DNA of 52,090 nucleotides from a virus (IMGVR_UViG_3300025697_000033:1-52090); one strand, 5' to 3'; numbered from the stretch's first letter, positions 28,467 through 38,601 are shown. Translations and numbers: made by a program. The notes: a model not told the origin generated them from the letters alone.

Positions 28467-29587
28467 TAGAGGTTACTCCCTCTGATTTCGGGCCTACCGC
28501 CCGCGCTCGGTTCGCGCTGATACGCGCCGATGTCTTCATAGGCTGTCAGTCCCGCGCCCGCACCCGGTGCGTCTTCAATTAGGCGCAGGTTACCCGTAGG
28601 AGCGTTCTCATAATCAGTCGCCCAACCGCCGGTGTCAGTGCTCACTTCACCTATCAGAACCCCATCACCAAGAGTGGTTCGCGGGTCAACCGTAATGTCC
28701 CGAAGACGATTGTTGATCTCAATAACAGATTGCAGTGCTGTGCCTGAATACAGGTTGTCGATCCATTTAGTGCTGTCTGTCGCGTGATTGTTGATGAGAA
28801 CCGGAGTAGCAGACCACGCGAAGGCGGGAAAAGTGACACACGTTCCCAAATCATAAAATGTATTATTTTTAGTCAAACAGCCACCATACTCAGACACATT
28901 GATCCACGCAACACCAACGCCAGTCACGGTCGTTCCGATAAACGTATTATCTTCAACAGCCCCGCGAGGTAAGGATACGCATGGATCTGAGTCCGTGGTG
29001 ATTACTCTATTCCCGACAAAACTCGCGGTGTATGACATACTTACAATGATCCCGTGAGAAGCGCCGGAACACTCAATATCTGAATTTGCAACCATCGCGC
29101 TTTTTGCTAATACAGCGCACTGGATCTGAGTACTTCCTGTTGCAGAATTGGTAATAGAGCAAGATGTAATGGTGGTATTGTCTCCCCCACCGTTGATAAG
29201 TACATCTGTGATGCTACCCGCGAAAACCAACGACTCAAGATCGACATATGCGGCGGCAGTCAGTTTTCCTGTCAGTGTGATTGCCGGAAAATCAGTCGTG
29301 TCAAGCGTAGTATCTTTATTCCGGCCTTGCCCCTCCAGGTCGCCTATCGAGGTATCATATCCGCGATATACGGTGTGTGCTTGCTGGGTTCCTGCTTGTG
29401 CAATAGTGGTCGCACCTATGGTGTAGTCGCTGTCATTCTGGATGTTGCCCCGCACCCCTGCGCCGTCCGTATGAGCAAAGCCCTCTGCAAGCGTCCATGG
29501 GCCAACGCCGCCACCCGCATCTATTTCCTGAGTGCCATCGTTGCCGCCTGCCGCATCACTGCGAATATATCGCTCAACAAATGCCAT
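28466..29587 (-). CDS. Right-handed beta-helix protein
   Basis: GGNDGT...GPWTL start, NNTFY/DNTF coils, C-terminal DIGAYQ. Confidence 0.65.
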   Translation of the reverse strand: MAFVERYIRSDAAGGNDGTQEIDAGGGVGPWTLAEGFAHTDGAGVRGNIQNDSDYTIGATTIAQAGTQQAHTVYRGYDTSIGDLEGQGRNKDTTLDTTDFPAITLTGKLTAAAYVDLESLVFAGSITDVLINGGGDNTTITSCSITNSATGSTQIQCAVLAKSAMVANSDIECSGASHGIIVSMSYTASFVGNRVITTDSDPCVSLPRGAVEDNTFIGTTVTGVGVAWINVSEYGGCLTKNNTFYDLGTCVTFPAFAWSATPVLINNHATDSTKWIDNLYSGTALQSVIEINNRLRDITVDPRTTLGDGVLIGEVSTDTGGWATDYENAPTGNLRLIEDAPGAGAGLTAYEDIGAYQREPSAGGRPEIRGSNL

Positions 29588-29901
29588 CAGCTAACCTGCT
29601 TCGCCCGCACACAAGGCTTTTCAACCACGCCCGCCACGCCGCCCGCGTTTAGATCCGTTTGAAACGCGGTAATCACGGCCATCATGCTGTTGATGTCGGT
29701 CCCAAGTAGTCGGCTAACGCCCTTGGGGCCGCGTCCGTCTTCAAGCGGTGACGCATCATTAGGCACCTTTAAATTAATGCTGCCATACCACTTGTCAAGA
29801 GCTGAGTCGCACATGTCTTTGAGTGCGCGGAACTTCTCAGCCAAAGGCCGGACCTGCTCGTTGGTGAATTTGATCGCCTCTGGGTTCGTGATGTCTGCCA
29901 T
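29587..29901 (-). CDS. Hypothetical protein
   Basis: AAGGAG RBS; coupled to next gene. Confidence 0.65.
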   Translation of the reverse strand: MADITNPEAIKFTNEQVRPLAEKFRALKDMCDSALDKWYGSINLKVPNDASPLEDGRGPKGVSRLLGTDINSMMAVITAFQTDLNAGGVAGVVEKPCVRAKQVS

Positions 29902-29954
29902 AAGTCAAACTCCTTTTTTTATATTATAGCCCTGCCGGCCAAAAAACACAAGGG

Positions 29955-30233
29955 TCATTTCTTGCCCTCCATGGACTGGGCGCCCATAATCGACCGCGCC
30001 CGCTTTACCGGCGGCCCAACGCACACGCGGCATTTGCCGGATCGCGGATCAAACGCGCCAAGAGGGCGAAACTGAAGACACCCCATGCAATACCGGCCTT
30101 TCGCTACTTTTGCTTTGAACGTAAGCGCTATCGGATCCGGCATTGGCGTTGAAACGCCTTTCTGTTTTGCGCTGCCTCGGGTGGTGGGAGCGCCCGACGG
30201 AACCATGTCAAATGCGTCCTTGTGCTGCATCAT
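29955..30233 (-). CDS. Small protein with two CxxC motifs
   Basis: CMGC...CRVC. Confidence 0.45.
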   Translation of the reverse strand: MMQHKDAFDMVPSGAPTTRGSAKQKGVSTPMPDPIALTFKAKVAKGRYCMGCLQFRPLGAFDPRSGKCRVCVGPPVKRARSIMGAQSMEGKK

Positions 30234-30811
30234 GAGGTGGGGTCTCCGCTGTCCTCCGGCTCCGCGTCGGCGATAATCTCATCCAGCGCGTCGGCGATCT
30301 CTCGCTGGCCGCCCTGGCATAGGCTCGCGCTCAGCCTGCGCAGCGCTGACAGTTTTTCATCACTTACGCTCTCCGGCTCCGCGTCGGCGAGAGGGTTGAC
30401 TGATACCGAGCAGATGCAATCCCATTCATCCAAATACGGCCATTCTCCGTCCGGGTAGTTTTCTTTTTTGTCGGTGATGGGAAATTGGACTTCGTGTGTC
30501 CGTTGGTAAACGAAGGATTCCCCCATTTCGTCTTGAAGTCCATCTTCGAGTTGGTCTTTCAGCGTCGCCTTGAGATCTTTGACGGCATCCTCTAATGAGT
30601 CGAACTCTATGTGCTCACCATGCAGCGCGTCGTAAACGCCATACTGGCCTTTTGTTGGCTCCGGCTCTTGGCCATAAAGCGCCTGGAGTTCTTCGGCAAT
30701 GCCTTCGAGCTGCACCGCTTGATCGTTTAGTCCTCCGTGTTTGACGTGGCGGGCAACTTGCCCAATCGCGCTTGCATGCACTTGCAACTCCGCTTTTTCA
30801 TTCGTGTTCAT
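30230..30811 (-). CDS. Hypothetical acidic protein
   Basis: AGGAG RBS; 193 aa. Confidence 0.6.
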   Translation of the reverse strand: MNTNEKAELQVHASAIGQVARHVKHGGLNDQAVQLEGIAEELQALYGQEPEPTKGQYGVYDALHGEHIEFDSLEDAVKDLKATLKDQLEDGLQDEMGESFVYQRTHEVQFPITDKKENYPDGEWPYLDEWDCICSVSVNPLADAEPESVSDEKLSALRRLSASLCQGGQREIADALDEIIADAEPEDSGDPTS

Positions 30812-30812
30812 G

Positions 30813-31130
30813 TCAATCTCCTAGCCGTTGTGTTTCGTTGTCAAACTGTTCAATGATTTCCGTGAAAAGCCCCGGAATCGCTTTTCCGGGATTTTGCGCG
30901 AACCAGAGCATTTTGGCGGCATCCGCTCGGCGCCCGATTTCGTCGATAGCTGCCGGGTTAATCGCTTTCCCGTTGACAAATTGGGCGACAGCATGCGCCT
31001 TTACCGTTTCAAGTTCGAGCACAAATGCCTCGAGCGACAAATCCTCGTGCATGGCAAACGGCCATATAGTCGTTTTGCCGTCTTTGCGCTCAATCGTAAA
31101 CTCAAACAAGTGTAGGTTTTTGGCGTCCAT
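30813..31130 (-). CDS. Hypothetical protein
   Basis: AGGAG RBS; 105 aa. Confidence 0.6.
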   Translation of the reverse strand: MDAKNLHLFEFTIERKDGKTTIWPFAMHEDLSLEAFVLELETVKAHAVAQFVNGKAINPAAIDEIGRRADAAKMLWFAQNPGKAIPGLFTEIIEQFDNETQRLGD

Positions 31131-31150
31131 GTCAGGCTCCTGGGTTGTCC

Positions 31151-32614
31151 CTAAATCAGCGTGTCGTCTTCTTCGTACTCCGGCATCGGCACCGGATCGT
31201 CATCAAACGCCGTCTGCTTCTTCGGCTCAGCGCGTTTGGCGCGGGCCGTGTTTTCCTCGTACTCGTTTACGTCTCGAAAACGCTGCGTTACCTTTTCAAA
31301 GTAGAGCGCGATTTCACCCGTGGGGCCGTTGCGCTGCTTAGCAAGGTGGAGTATCACGTCGCCCTGTAGCGTCATGCCTCGGGCCTTTGCCGCCGCCCTG
31401 TGGTCGTCGTCGATGAGCGCCAAACAAATCACCACATCCGCGTCTTGCTCCAAGTTGCCGGATTCGCGCAAACACGAAAGCAGCCGATGCCCGTCCATGA
31501 CACCATCCGCTTCCCGGCTCAGTTGCGCCAGCACGACGAACGGAATGTCCGCCTCCCGTGCCAGCGCCTTGATCCCGACGCTCATGTCACCCACGATCTC
31601 ATACCGCTTCTGGCCCGCCTTGCCGCCGCCCCTGAGTAGCTGGATGTAGTCGAGCACCACCAGCCCGCCCGGATGTTTCGCCGCCCATCGCCGCACCGCT
31701 GAGCGCATGCGCGGGAAGGTGAGCCCCGGCGTATCCAGGACATGTAGGTTTTCTTTCGTGATCCGCTCCTCTGCACTCAGGGCTTTTGTCACTTCCTGGG
31801 GCGCGAAGGTGCCTTTCTTGGATGCTTCCTTGATAACTTGCACGTTTACCCCGCATTCGATGCTGAGGATCCGCGTCCACAACGCCGAGGCCGACATTTC
31901 AAGCGAGATAAACAAGACTGGCACACCATCGCCGAAGGCAGCCTGTGCCGCGAAATTCAGGGCGATTGCAGTTTTTCCCACGGAGGGACGGGCCGCCAGA
32001 ATGATAAAGTCACCCTTCTGGAAACCGCCTGTGAGGCCGTCTAAGGCGTTTATGCCGCTTTGTACTCCCATCACACCACCCACGGCCTGGGTTAGCCGTC
32101 CAAGCCATTCTACCCCCAGCGCGAAGCCTTTTGGCGTTTCTATGACTTCCTGCTTTGCGCCGGAGCAGTTCGCCAATGCCAAAAGCTGCGTATCAATGAA
32201 GGCAGATGCTTCCTCTGGGCTTGGAAGCGTGTCCGCCGTGGCTATCCGGTTTAGGTCCGCGCCAATGCGCCCAAATTCACGGAGCAACCAGAAGCGGCGG
32301 ACGTGCTCAGCGTAATGCAGGACGTTCGCCGAGGTCGCAGCCACGCCGAGCATCTCTGAAACGTAGCCCACCCCGCCCATGGCATCGGAATTGGATTCGT
32401 CGGCGAGTATCAGTGATGGGTCAACCCGGCGGCCTTTGCCGTTGATGTCTTGGATCGCTGCGTAGAGCGCGGCATGGGGCGCAAACTCAAACATGGCGCC
32501 CGTGTCGCCCAAGAGCGCGAAAGCGTCCGCCGCAGCGTCGCCCGCGCCCTCGCAGATCATGAAGCTGGAAAGCACGGCGCGTTCGGCTTCGGTGGTTTGT
32601 TCGTGGGTGGTCAT
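31151..32614 (-). CDS. dnaB: Replicative DNA helicase
   Basis: EAERAVLS, AARPSVGKT, SLEMS, LDYIQL, AQLSR, LRESGNLEQDADV, KQRNGPTG. Confidence 0.97.
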   Translation of the reverse strand: MTTHEQTTEAERAVLSSFMICEGAGDAAADAFALLGDTGAMFEFAPHAALYAAIQDINGKGRRVDPSLILADESNSDAMGGVGYVSEMLGVAATSANVLHYAEHVRRFWLLREFGRIGADLNRIATADTLPSPEEASAFIDTQLLALANCSGAKQEVIETPKGFALGVEWLGRLTQAVGGVMGVQSGINALDGLTGGFQKGDFIILAARPSVGKTAIALNFAAQAAFGDGVPVLFISLEMSASALWTRILSIECGVNVQVIKEASKKGTFAPQEVTKALSAEERITKENLHVLDTPGLTFPRMRSAVRRWAAKHPGGLVVLDYIQLLRGGGKAGQKRYEIVGDMSVGIKALAREADIPFVVLAQLSREADGVMDGHRLLSCLRESGNLEQDADVVICLALIDDDHRAAAKARGMTLQGDVILHLAKQRNGPTGEIALYFEKVTQRFRDVNEYEENTARAKRAEPKKQTAFDDDPVPMPEYEEDDTLI

Positions 32615-32678
32615 CTCGCTTCCTCCTTCTGCCCCGCAAGCCGCTCAAGCAGCCCGTCGGGGAGTTCGGTTTGGGTTA

Positions 32679-33563
32679 TTACTTCATCTTCTGATTCGCT
32701 GCAAGCCGGTCATACATTGCGTCGTTGTTGGTGTTTCCATTTCCGTTTCCAGGGGCACTGTTTCGTGCCTTCCATTTATCGTGCATTTGTTCAAACTTGG
32801 TAATCCCTGATTTTCCTGTTGAACGGAGCCGCACCAAAGACTTTACAACGGCCCGCCAAAAACCCGTGGGGTCTTCTTCGCCCGTGAATACCCATGTGAT
32901 AGTGTCCACCACATCCCGCTCGCTGTAGCCGTCAATACGCACCAGCCGGGAAAGGGTCAGCCTTGAAGCGTCATCCACCTTACTTTCGGGCTTCGGGGTT
33001 TTCTTCTGGTTGTGCGCCGCGTCAACCAGTGTCCAAATGCTCCAATATTCAGCCTTGAGTATCGGGAGTTTTTTAAGGGGATCCGAAAAAGGAAGGGAAG
33101 GGATCTCTTCTTTATCCTCTACTCTACTCTCCTCTACTCTATGGCCTAGGGCTTGAGTGGGTTGAGCCTCGGGCTTAGCCATAGGCTCAGAGCTTTTAGC
33201 TATGGGCTTAGCCTTAGGCTTAGCCTCTTGGGCTTCTTTGCGCTTCTTTGCCTTGCTCTTCGTTGCAGCCCCGCCCTTAACATAGTTTGGCGCATGTTGC
33301 CAATAGTCGTGTATTTCAACGTATTCGCCACACTCGTCCATCCACCCAAACATCAAAAGCGCACCAAGAAATTCGCCTTCTATCCCATTCCACTCAGCAT
33401 GAGCCTCAACATCTTCACGGGACATGCGCGGATTGGCGTCTATGTTTGCCTGGTTCCATAAATACTCAAGATGCCCCAAAACATGCGGCGCTGGAATATC
33501 TAGCGCAAGCCGCAATTTTTTGAATTTTGTTAACATCGTTGTGTCTTTACGCATGGCCGTCAC
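32679..33563 (-). CDS. Putative replication initiator protein
   Basis: wHTH-like N-terminus (LGHLEYLW, IHDYWQH), RVEESRVE linker, FW..VVKS...LR C-terminal domain; directly upstream of dnaB. Confidence 0.7.
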   Translation of the reverse strand: MTAMRKDTTMLTKFKKLRLALDIPAPHVLGHLEYLWNQANIDANPRMSREDVEAHAEWNGIEGEFLGALLMFGWMDECGEYVEIHDYWQHAPNYVKGGAATKSKAKKRKEAQEAKPKAKPIAKSSEPMAKPEAQPTQALGHRVEESRVEDKEEIPSLPFSDPLKKLPILKAEYWSIWTLVDAAHNQKKTPKPESKVDDASRLTLSRLVRIDGYSERDVVDTITWVFTGEEDPTGFWRAVVKSLVRLRSTGKSGITKFEQMHDKWKARNSAPGNGNGNTNNDAMYDRLAANQKMK

Positions 33564-33759
33564 CTGAAACGGAAAGCGCCTTTTGTGCTATTTTTCCTAG
33601 AGTGTCTTTTCTGCCTGAATACATCTTCAATGCAAACTCGAAAAGCAAATAGCCTTCATGGTAGCCGCCCGATTCACCGCTTGTTTTCATAGATGCAAGC
33701 ATCTCGCCAATTTCAACGCCAACGAAGTCATCAAGTTCTTTTTGCACATTTTTGTTCAT
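33547..33759 (-). CDS. Hypothetical protein
   Basis: GAGGTG RBS after structured leader. Confidence 0.6.
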   Translation of the reverse strand: MNKNVQKELDDFVGVEIGEMLASMKTSGESGGYHEGYLLFEFALKMYSGRKDTLGKIAQKALSVSGDGHA

Positions 33760-33770
33760 GGTGTCACCTC

Positions 33771-33878
33771 AAAAAAGAAGCCCCGATCACGAGACACTCG
33801 GCCAAGAGGGTGTGATCGGGGCTTTAGCCATCCGAAGATGGTTTTTGGTTTTTGCTTGTCTTTGGCCGTGTGTCTCAT
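33771..33878 (-). ncRNA. Structured leader RNA, same fold as 478-579
   Basis: 13-bp stem AAGCCCCGAUCAC/GUGAUCGGGGCUU plus U-tract; loop pairs 14/15 with 5' GAGACACACGGCCAA; CCAUC-UUCG-GAUGG hairpin in between. Confidence 0.65.
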
Positions 33879-33884
33879 GTCTCT

Positions 33885-33913
33885 ATTTTATCCTATTTTC
33901 CGTGGGCTGTCAA
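33885..33913 (-). promoter_or_regulatory. sigma70-type promoter for replication genes
   Basis: TTGACA, 17 bp, TAAAAT. Confidence 0.85.
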
Positions 33914-33966
33914 TAGGGTCAATACGCATCTGGGTGTTCCTGCGGCGTTGTCTCAGCGATGTCTTG

Positions 33967-34149
33967 CTAAGTGATACCGTGGCTGTTTAGTTCTTGCTCG
34001 TATTTTTCCGCGTGTTCCTTGCAGAGAAAGTGCCGCGAATCTGACCACCGGGCGCATTGCACAAGCTCTTTGTAGCCGGGAATGCATGTCACCTTCGTGC
34101 ATCGGCGGCGTTTCATTTGTAGATCTTTTCCTGTTTTTCGCTTGCTCAT
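33967..34149 (-). CDS. Small Cys/His protein
   Basis: 60 aa, ATGA-coupled. Confidence 0.45.
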   Translation of the reverse strand: MSKRKTGKDLQMKRRRCTKVTCIPGYKELVQCARWSDSRHFLCKEHAEKYEQELNSHGIT

Positions 34150-34352
34150 TTTACACCAACTTTCCGCACGGGTTGCAGACGTTTCGCCAGCCCGCGCCGT
34201 TCATTGAACTCGTTTAAGCGGGCAAGTTGGTTGTCAGGGAGTAGCGCCACTTTGTAGTCTGTCAAGAATTCTTTTTGTAGCTTGATCCATGGCGGATTGC
34301 GCTTGCTGTAATGTTGGTGCTTTTCCCACGACGGGATGGTGAGGTAGTTCAT
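34146..34352 (-). CDS. Small protein resembling the N-terminus of phage replication proteins
   Basis: I..WEKHQHYSKRNPPWIKL motif; possibly a remnant. Confidence 0.5.
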   Translation of the reverse strand: MNYLTIPSWEKHQHYSKRNPPWIKLQKEFLTDYKVALLPDNQLARLNEFNERRGLAKRLQPVRKVGVK

Positions 34353-34353
34353 G

Positions 34354-34536
34354 CTACATTGCCTTCCAGGGCATCCAGCGCTTAGGCTCAATCCTTAAAT
34401 ATGTTTCGCCCGCAACTTGCTGAATAACCCACTCTTGACTATCTTCAAACCAGTAAGTTAGGCCGACAATTTCCTTGCCGAAATCTGCCAATATTACACG
34501 TCCGTCTTTTGGGGCTTTTGATGTTTTCCAGTCCAT
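34354..34536 (-). CDS. DUF551-like small protein
   Basis: W....APKDGRVIL...EPKRWMP. Confidence 0.6.
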   Translation of the reverse strand: MDWKTSKAPKDGRVILADFGKEIVGLTYWFEDSQEWVIQQVAGETYLRIEPKRWMPWKAM

Positions 34537-34760
34537 TACACACCCCACACCAGAAGAGGGGCAACGATCTTTCTAGCCCCTCGCCGTGTTTTTTGTAGCC
34601 TTCTATCAAGGCGTTTCCGACCATTAAAGCATGACAAACGAGCGTCAACACGTTGGCGCTCCTCTCGACACACGCGGCATAAGAGCTCCGGGGTATCGGT
34701 CCACACTTTAGGCTCGCGCATCTTCTTGCGACACTCCGGGCATCGTGTTTTGTTTTTCAT
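34536..34760 (-). CDS. Small zinc-finger protein
   Basis: CPEC...CRVC; GGAGG RBS. Confidence 0.55.
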   Translation of the reverse strand: MKNKTRCPECRKKMREPKVWTDTPELLCRVCREERQRVDARLSCFNGRKRLDRRLQKTRRGARKIVAPLLVWGV

Positions 34761-35284
34761 GTCGCCTCCAACTCCGCGATCCGCTTCACCAGCGGATTAT
34801 CCGCGCAAGTCAGGACATGCTCTTTCAGCGGGCCCGTCTTAGTATACGGCTCCCCGCAATAGGCGCAAACGCCGCCGATGACCGGGCGGTTATCGCTCGA
34901 CGATCTCTTAATTTCGCGCACCTTTGCCACAAATTCAGCGGCCTCGGTGGCGTTGCCGAGAAGCTCTTCCAACTCCGCGATCCGGGCGGTGGCCGCGCTG
35001 TTCACCGCTCGTAAATGGGCGTTTTCGACCCAATACGGCATGGCCGAAAACTCCGTTGTCGGAGGGTCGCCCTCCCATACATAGCGGAAATCCTCGCCCT
35101 CCTTTCCGTTATTGCCGACACCCGCCGCCTCACAGTCATCGGCGCACCCGCAGTGGTAGTCTGTGAGGTCGTCGGCGCACTCCTCGGGGCATGTTGCGAT
35201 AAATCGAAGGCCGTCGCTTGTCAATATTCCAAGGTCCGGATCATCCAACCACCACGCTGTTATCTTCCATGTTTTTTTGCTCAT
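34757..35284 (-). CDS. Hypothetical protein with Zn-binding motif
   Basis: CAYCG...HVLTC..NP; RIAELE twice. Confidence 0.6.
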   Translation of the reverse strand: MSKKTWKITAWWLDDPDLGILTSDGLRFIATCPEECADDLTDYHCGCADDCEAAGVGNNGKEGEDFRYVWEGDPPTTEFSAMPYWVENAHLRAVNSAATARIAELEELLGNATEAAEFVAKVREIKRSSSDNRPVIGGVCAYCGEPYTKTGPLKEHVLTCADNPLVKRIAELEAT

Positions 35285-35569
35285 TTGATCACCTCTCCTT
35301 CAATTCCAAACACTGCAAGATTTGCCGCCACAACTCGCCGCCGCCCTTTGCTGTGCAGTGGCCGTAGCGCACGGTGTAGAGTTTGCTCATCGTTTCTCAA
35401 GCCCCACAATTTCCGCGCCGCCGAAAAGGCAATTCCCGGCAGCACGGGCGCCATCCATAAACGCCTCCAGAACGAGGTCGGCCAATTCGTCACACGCCAT
35501 GCCTTTCGCCTCTTCGTCGTCCGCATCAATTTCCATAGTTGCCTTGAGTTTCATGTCTCTCTCCTTCGG

Positions 35570-36337
35570 TTAACACAGCCGGTGGGCCGCGTCTTTGATT
35601 CGGTTTTCCGCGATGGCGAAGTATTCCGGGTCGCGCTCGATCCCGATGAAGCGGCGATCCCAGTACTCACAAGCCACGCCCGTGGTACCGCTGCCGCAAC
35701 AGAAGTCGAGAACCGTGTCGCCTGCGTTCGTGTAGGTGCGGATCAAGTACGCCATGAGCGCCACGGGCTTCTGGGTGGGGTGTGTGGTTTTTTTAAAAAT
35801 CACATTGCTAAACTCTATAACCATTTTTGGAAATCCAGACACAACGCTTATGTATTCATTGGTCTGGCTCTTTCTTTCCATCGCCCCATTAAACCCTTTA
35901 GATGCCCTCTTGTTTTTTCGCTCACACCCAAAGATTCCTTGTGGATTGTAGTTCATGCGCTGGCTACCAAGTAGAGCTGCATGTCCAATAGGAGCCTTGG
36001 AAAAGACTACGATATCCTCGTAGTCTTTTAAAGGCATGTTTTTAGAATGCGAAAAGCCCGTTGCTAGTATCTTTTTCCACACCCAACAATATTTGAACAT
36101 CTTCATGTTGCTCGCGATCAGCGTCGTGGTGAATGGCTGCGAAGCCGTCATCACGATGGCCGCGTTCGGCTTGGTGACGCGCTTCAGGTGCGCCCACATC
36201 GGCTCCAGCGGGATCATGGAGTCCCAAGCACAGGCGGTCAACTGATAAGGAGGGTCACTCAAAACAAGATCGATACTCCCATCCTCGATCTCGCTCATGC
36301 GCTCAAGGCAGTCGCCAAGTAGTAGCCGGGGGGTCAT
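35570..36337 (-). CDS. N6/N4 DNA methyltransferase (beta class)
   Basis: LGDCLERM, LSDPPY, HPTQKPVAL, VLDFCCGSGTT. Confidence 0.95.
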   Translation of the reverse strand: MTPRLLLGDCLERMSEIEDGSIDLVLSDPPYQLTACAWDSMIPLEPMWAHLKRVTKPNAAIVMTASQPFTTTLIASNMKMFKYCWVWKKILATGFSHSKNMPLKDYEDIVVFSKAPIGHAALLGSQRMNYNPQGIFGCERKNKRASKGFNGAMERKSQTNEYISVVSGFPKMVIEFSNVIFKKTTHPTQKPVALMAYLIRTYTNAGDTVLDFCCGSGTTGVACEYWDRRFIGIERDPEYFAIAENRIKDAAHRLC

Positions 36338-36660
36338 GTCAACAAGTCCTCCAGTCGTTCCACCTCGGCCCCAAGATACCCTACGGCGATCCAAGACGGC
36401 ATCGGGTACATGTCGCGTTCGCGGGCGGGCGGCATCACTCGGAAATCGTAAATGTGGCATTGATCCGGTCCAAGCCGAACGCCTGCATCGTGGAAGCCTT
36501 GCGCGGTTTCTTCCGTCAAAACGTCAAACTCCGCTTGCTCCGATTCCGTATCCGACAAGCAACCGAATTCAATCCCGTCGCTGGTGATACAGTCCATCAC
36601 GTTTATTCTGTTGCGCCCGGTGCCTTTGCGCCGCCAGCCTGTTACTCTCCATGTGCTCAT
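36334..36660 (-). CDS. Hypothetical protein
   Basis: ATGA-coupled to methyltransferase. Confidence 0.55.
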   Translation of the reverse strand: MSTWRVTGWRRKGTGRNRINVMDCITSDGIEFGCLSDTESEQAEFDVLTEETAQGFHDAGVRLGPDQCHIYDFRVMPPARERDMYPMPSWIAVGYLGAEVERLEDLLT

Positions 36661-36835
36661 TGCTCTCTCTCCATTTCATGCCCACGCGGACACACCCTTT
36701 GCATTTCCGCGTCTGAGGCGTTGAGGTCTGACCCATCTTCCGGCATGATCGGGTGGGCGGTATATCGCCAGTTCTGGTGATGCTCTTTGCACACCGGGCA
36801 ATACGTCGTGTTTGGCCCTGGATTTTCCCATTGCA

Positions 36836-37261
36836 TTAGTCCAACTCCCTTCCGTCGATAATCGCCTCGAGGATCTGGCGGGCTTCGATCTTGCAGAGTC
36901 TATGCCTCTTGGTGTGCATCAAAGTATGGTAAAGAGCACCAGTGACACCTGTTCTGTAGAAGGTGGCAATTCGCGTCCTTCGCCCTCGCATGTCTAACAC
37001 AATCTCCCATAGCCCGCTCTTAGCGTACCATGTGCATCCTCGTTTCTCCCACCGCAGCCGGATACGCTTTGGCGGCGGGTTGGCGAGGACGAAGATGCTG
37101 TGGGCGCATGGGGAGCTTATGCCGCCCCTTCTGGCCGCGTTGTTTAGCTTTTGGCATATTCCCATTTTTTCATCGCCTGCACAACCTGTGCATCCGTTGC
37201 CTCCATCTGGCACATGCACATACGTCTCCTCACCCATTTTTACAATTACCTTGCCTTTCAT
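36836..37261 (-). CDS. Hypothetical Cys-containing protein
   Basis: GGAGG RBS before MKGKVIVK. Confidence 0.55.
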   Translation of the reverse strand: MKGKVIVKMGEETYVHVPDGGNGCTGCAGDEKMGICQKLNNAARRGGISSPCAHSIFVLANPPPKRIRLRWEKRGCTWYAKSGLWEIVLDMRGRRTRIATFYRTGVTGALYHTLMHTKRHRLCKIEARQILEAIIDGRELD

Positions 37262-37818
37262 CAATCTTCCTCCCAGTGTTGCGAATTCGCCCACGCCGCG
37301 ATACAGACCGCCGCTGCTTCGTCTTCGTTGAGATCATCCCGGCCCGTGACGCGCTTGGCATATTCCATGTACACGGGCTTGCGCTGTTTGCTGGTCGCCT
37401 TTATCCCAAGCCCGCGACACACGCCGCTCTTGCCCACTTGCCAAGTGTTGGGCGCGACAAACCGAGACTCTTCACATGCGATTTCAGCAGCCGCCTTTAT
37501 TTCCCCGCGCACCACAGCAAGGTCAAGGCAACTCTTGTTCACCTTCGTGCGGCCATCCTTGCCAAGATAGGTGCCGATATAGCCGTCCTCGATAACCACG
37601 AGCACGTCGTCTTCGTGCGGCATGGCGGCATCTATGCAGCAATAGAATTCATGCGCCGTATTCCAGCTTTCGACGTGCCACTCTTTCGGGCCAGCAATTT
37701 CCCATTTCCGTTGATCTTCATTCCATTTCCATGGATGACAGTGCCAAGCGAAAACACTAGGCTTTGCGCTCGCCGGGTCCGCGCCGATGCAGTTTCGTTT
37801 TCGAGGGGTGTCAACCAT
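37261..37818 (-). CDS. RuvC-like Holliday junction resolvase
   Basis: IGADP, VVIED, V.PNTWQ, NEDEAAAVCIA pattern. Confidence 0.75.
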   Translation of the reverse strand: MVDTPRKRNCIGADPASAKPSVFAWHCHPWKWNEDQRKWEIAGPKEWHVESWNTAHEFYCCIDAAMPHEDDVLVVIEDGYIGTYLGKDGRTKVNKSCLDLAVVRGEIKAAAEIACEESRFVAPNTWQVGKSGVCRGLGIKATSKQRKPVYMEYAKRVTGRDDLNEDEAAAVCIAAWANSQHWEED

Positions 37819-38398
37819 CGCTTTGATCCTCCGCGCCGGTTGTGTTTATGCGTTTGCGTTCATCCATGAGCATTTTCCTCGTAATTTTGAAGCGCTTAGC
37901 TATGCATTTATCGCCGTTTTCATCAAACTCGTAAGCACAAGCAATCAAACTTTCCTGGTCATCCGCAAAAGAGGTGCATTCAACCCGATATTTTTTGTGT
38001 TCCGGACACCACCAGTCAAAGGCCGAACCCACCGCGATTCGTTGCGTTCTTTCCCACGAAAAGCGCCCGTGCCCAATTCTGCTTTCTACTCCTACAAAAA
38101 TAAACGGCTTGCGCCCAAGGTATTTTTCGATTGAGATTGCGGCACGAATGTTTTTCATTCCAACAGCCACGCGATAGAGATCGTCAAGGTCACATCCGAA
38201 ACGACCGCCGTGATAGCTGACAGGCTTGAATAGTGTTTCGATGTCATTCTCTTCAAAATAAAAACCGTGCTCCACGGCCAAGCGCAATGCGTCACGCCCT
38301 GGGTAGCCCGAACGTTCTCGGGAGTATTCCACAGAACAAAAAGCCTCACTAATCGCCATGGCTACAAACTCTACAACTTTGCTTTTCTTTTCCATCAT
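37811..38398 (-). CDS. Hypothetical protein
   Basis: 195 aa, overlapping stop/start coupling. Confidence 0.55.
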   Translation of the reverse strand: MMEKKSKVVEFVAMAISEAFCSVEYSRERSGYPGRDALRLAVEHGFYFEENDIETLFKPVSYHGGRFGCDLDDLYRVAVGMKNIRAAISIEKYLGRKPFIFVGVESRIGHGRFSWERTQRIAVGSAFDWWCPEHKKYRVECTSFADDQESLIACAYEFDENGDKCIAKRFKITRKMLMDERKRINTTGAEDQSDG

Positions 38399-38601
38399 TC
38401 ATCCTCCGCGCCGGTGTCGGCGGTTATACCTCGATAATGCGCCATACGCGCCGTATGTTCGTCCGTAGCGGCTTCTACCGCCGCAGGTTGCATATCACCA
38501 CGACGTCGCGCCCGTATCGCTGCACGACCCACAGCCGCTTGGCTCTCAGTGCGCAAACGCCGCTCGATGTTCGCTACGCGCTCCCAGCCGAAGATGCTCA
38601 T
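38395..38601 (-). CDS. Hypothetical protein
   Basis: ATGA-coupled on both sides. Confidence 0.5.
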   Translation of the reverse strand: MSIFGWERVANIERRLRTESQAAVGRAAIRARRRGDMQPAAVEAATDEHTARMAHYRGITADTGAEDE

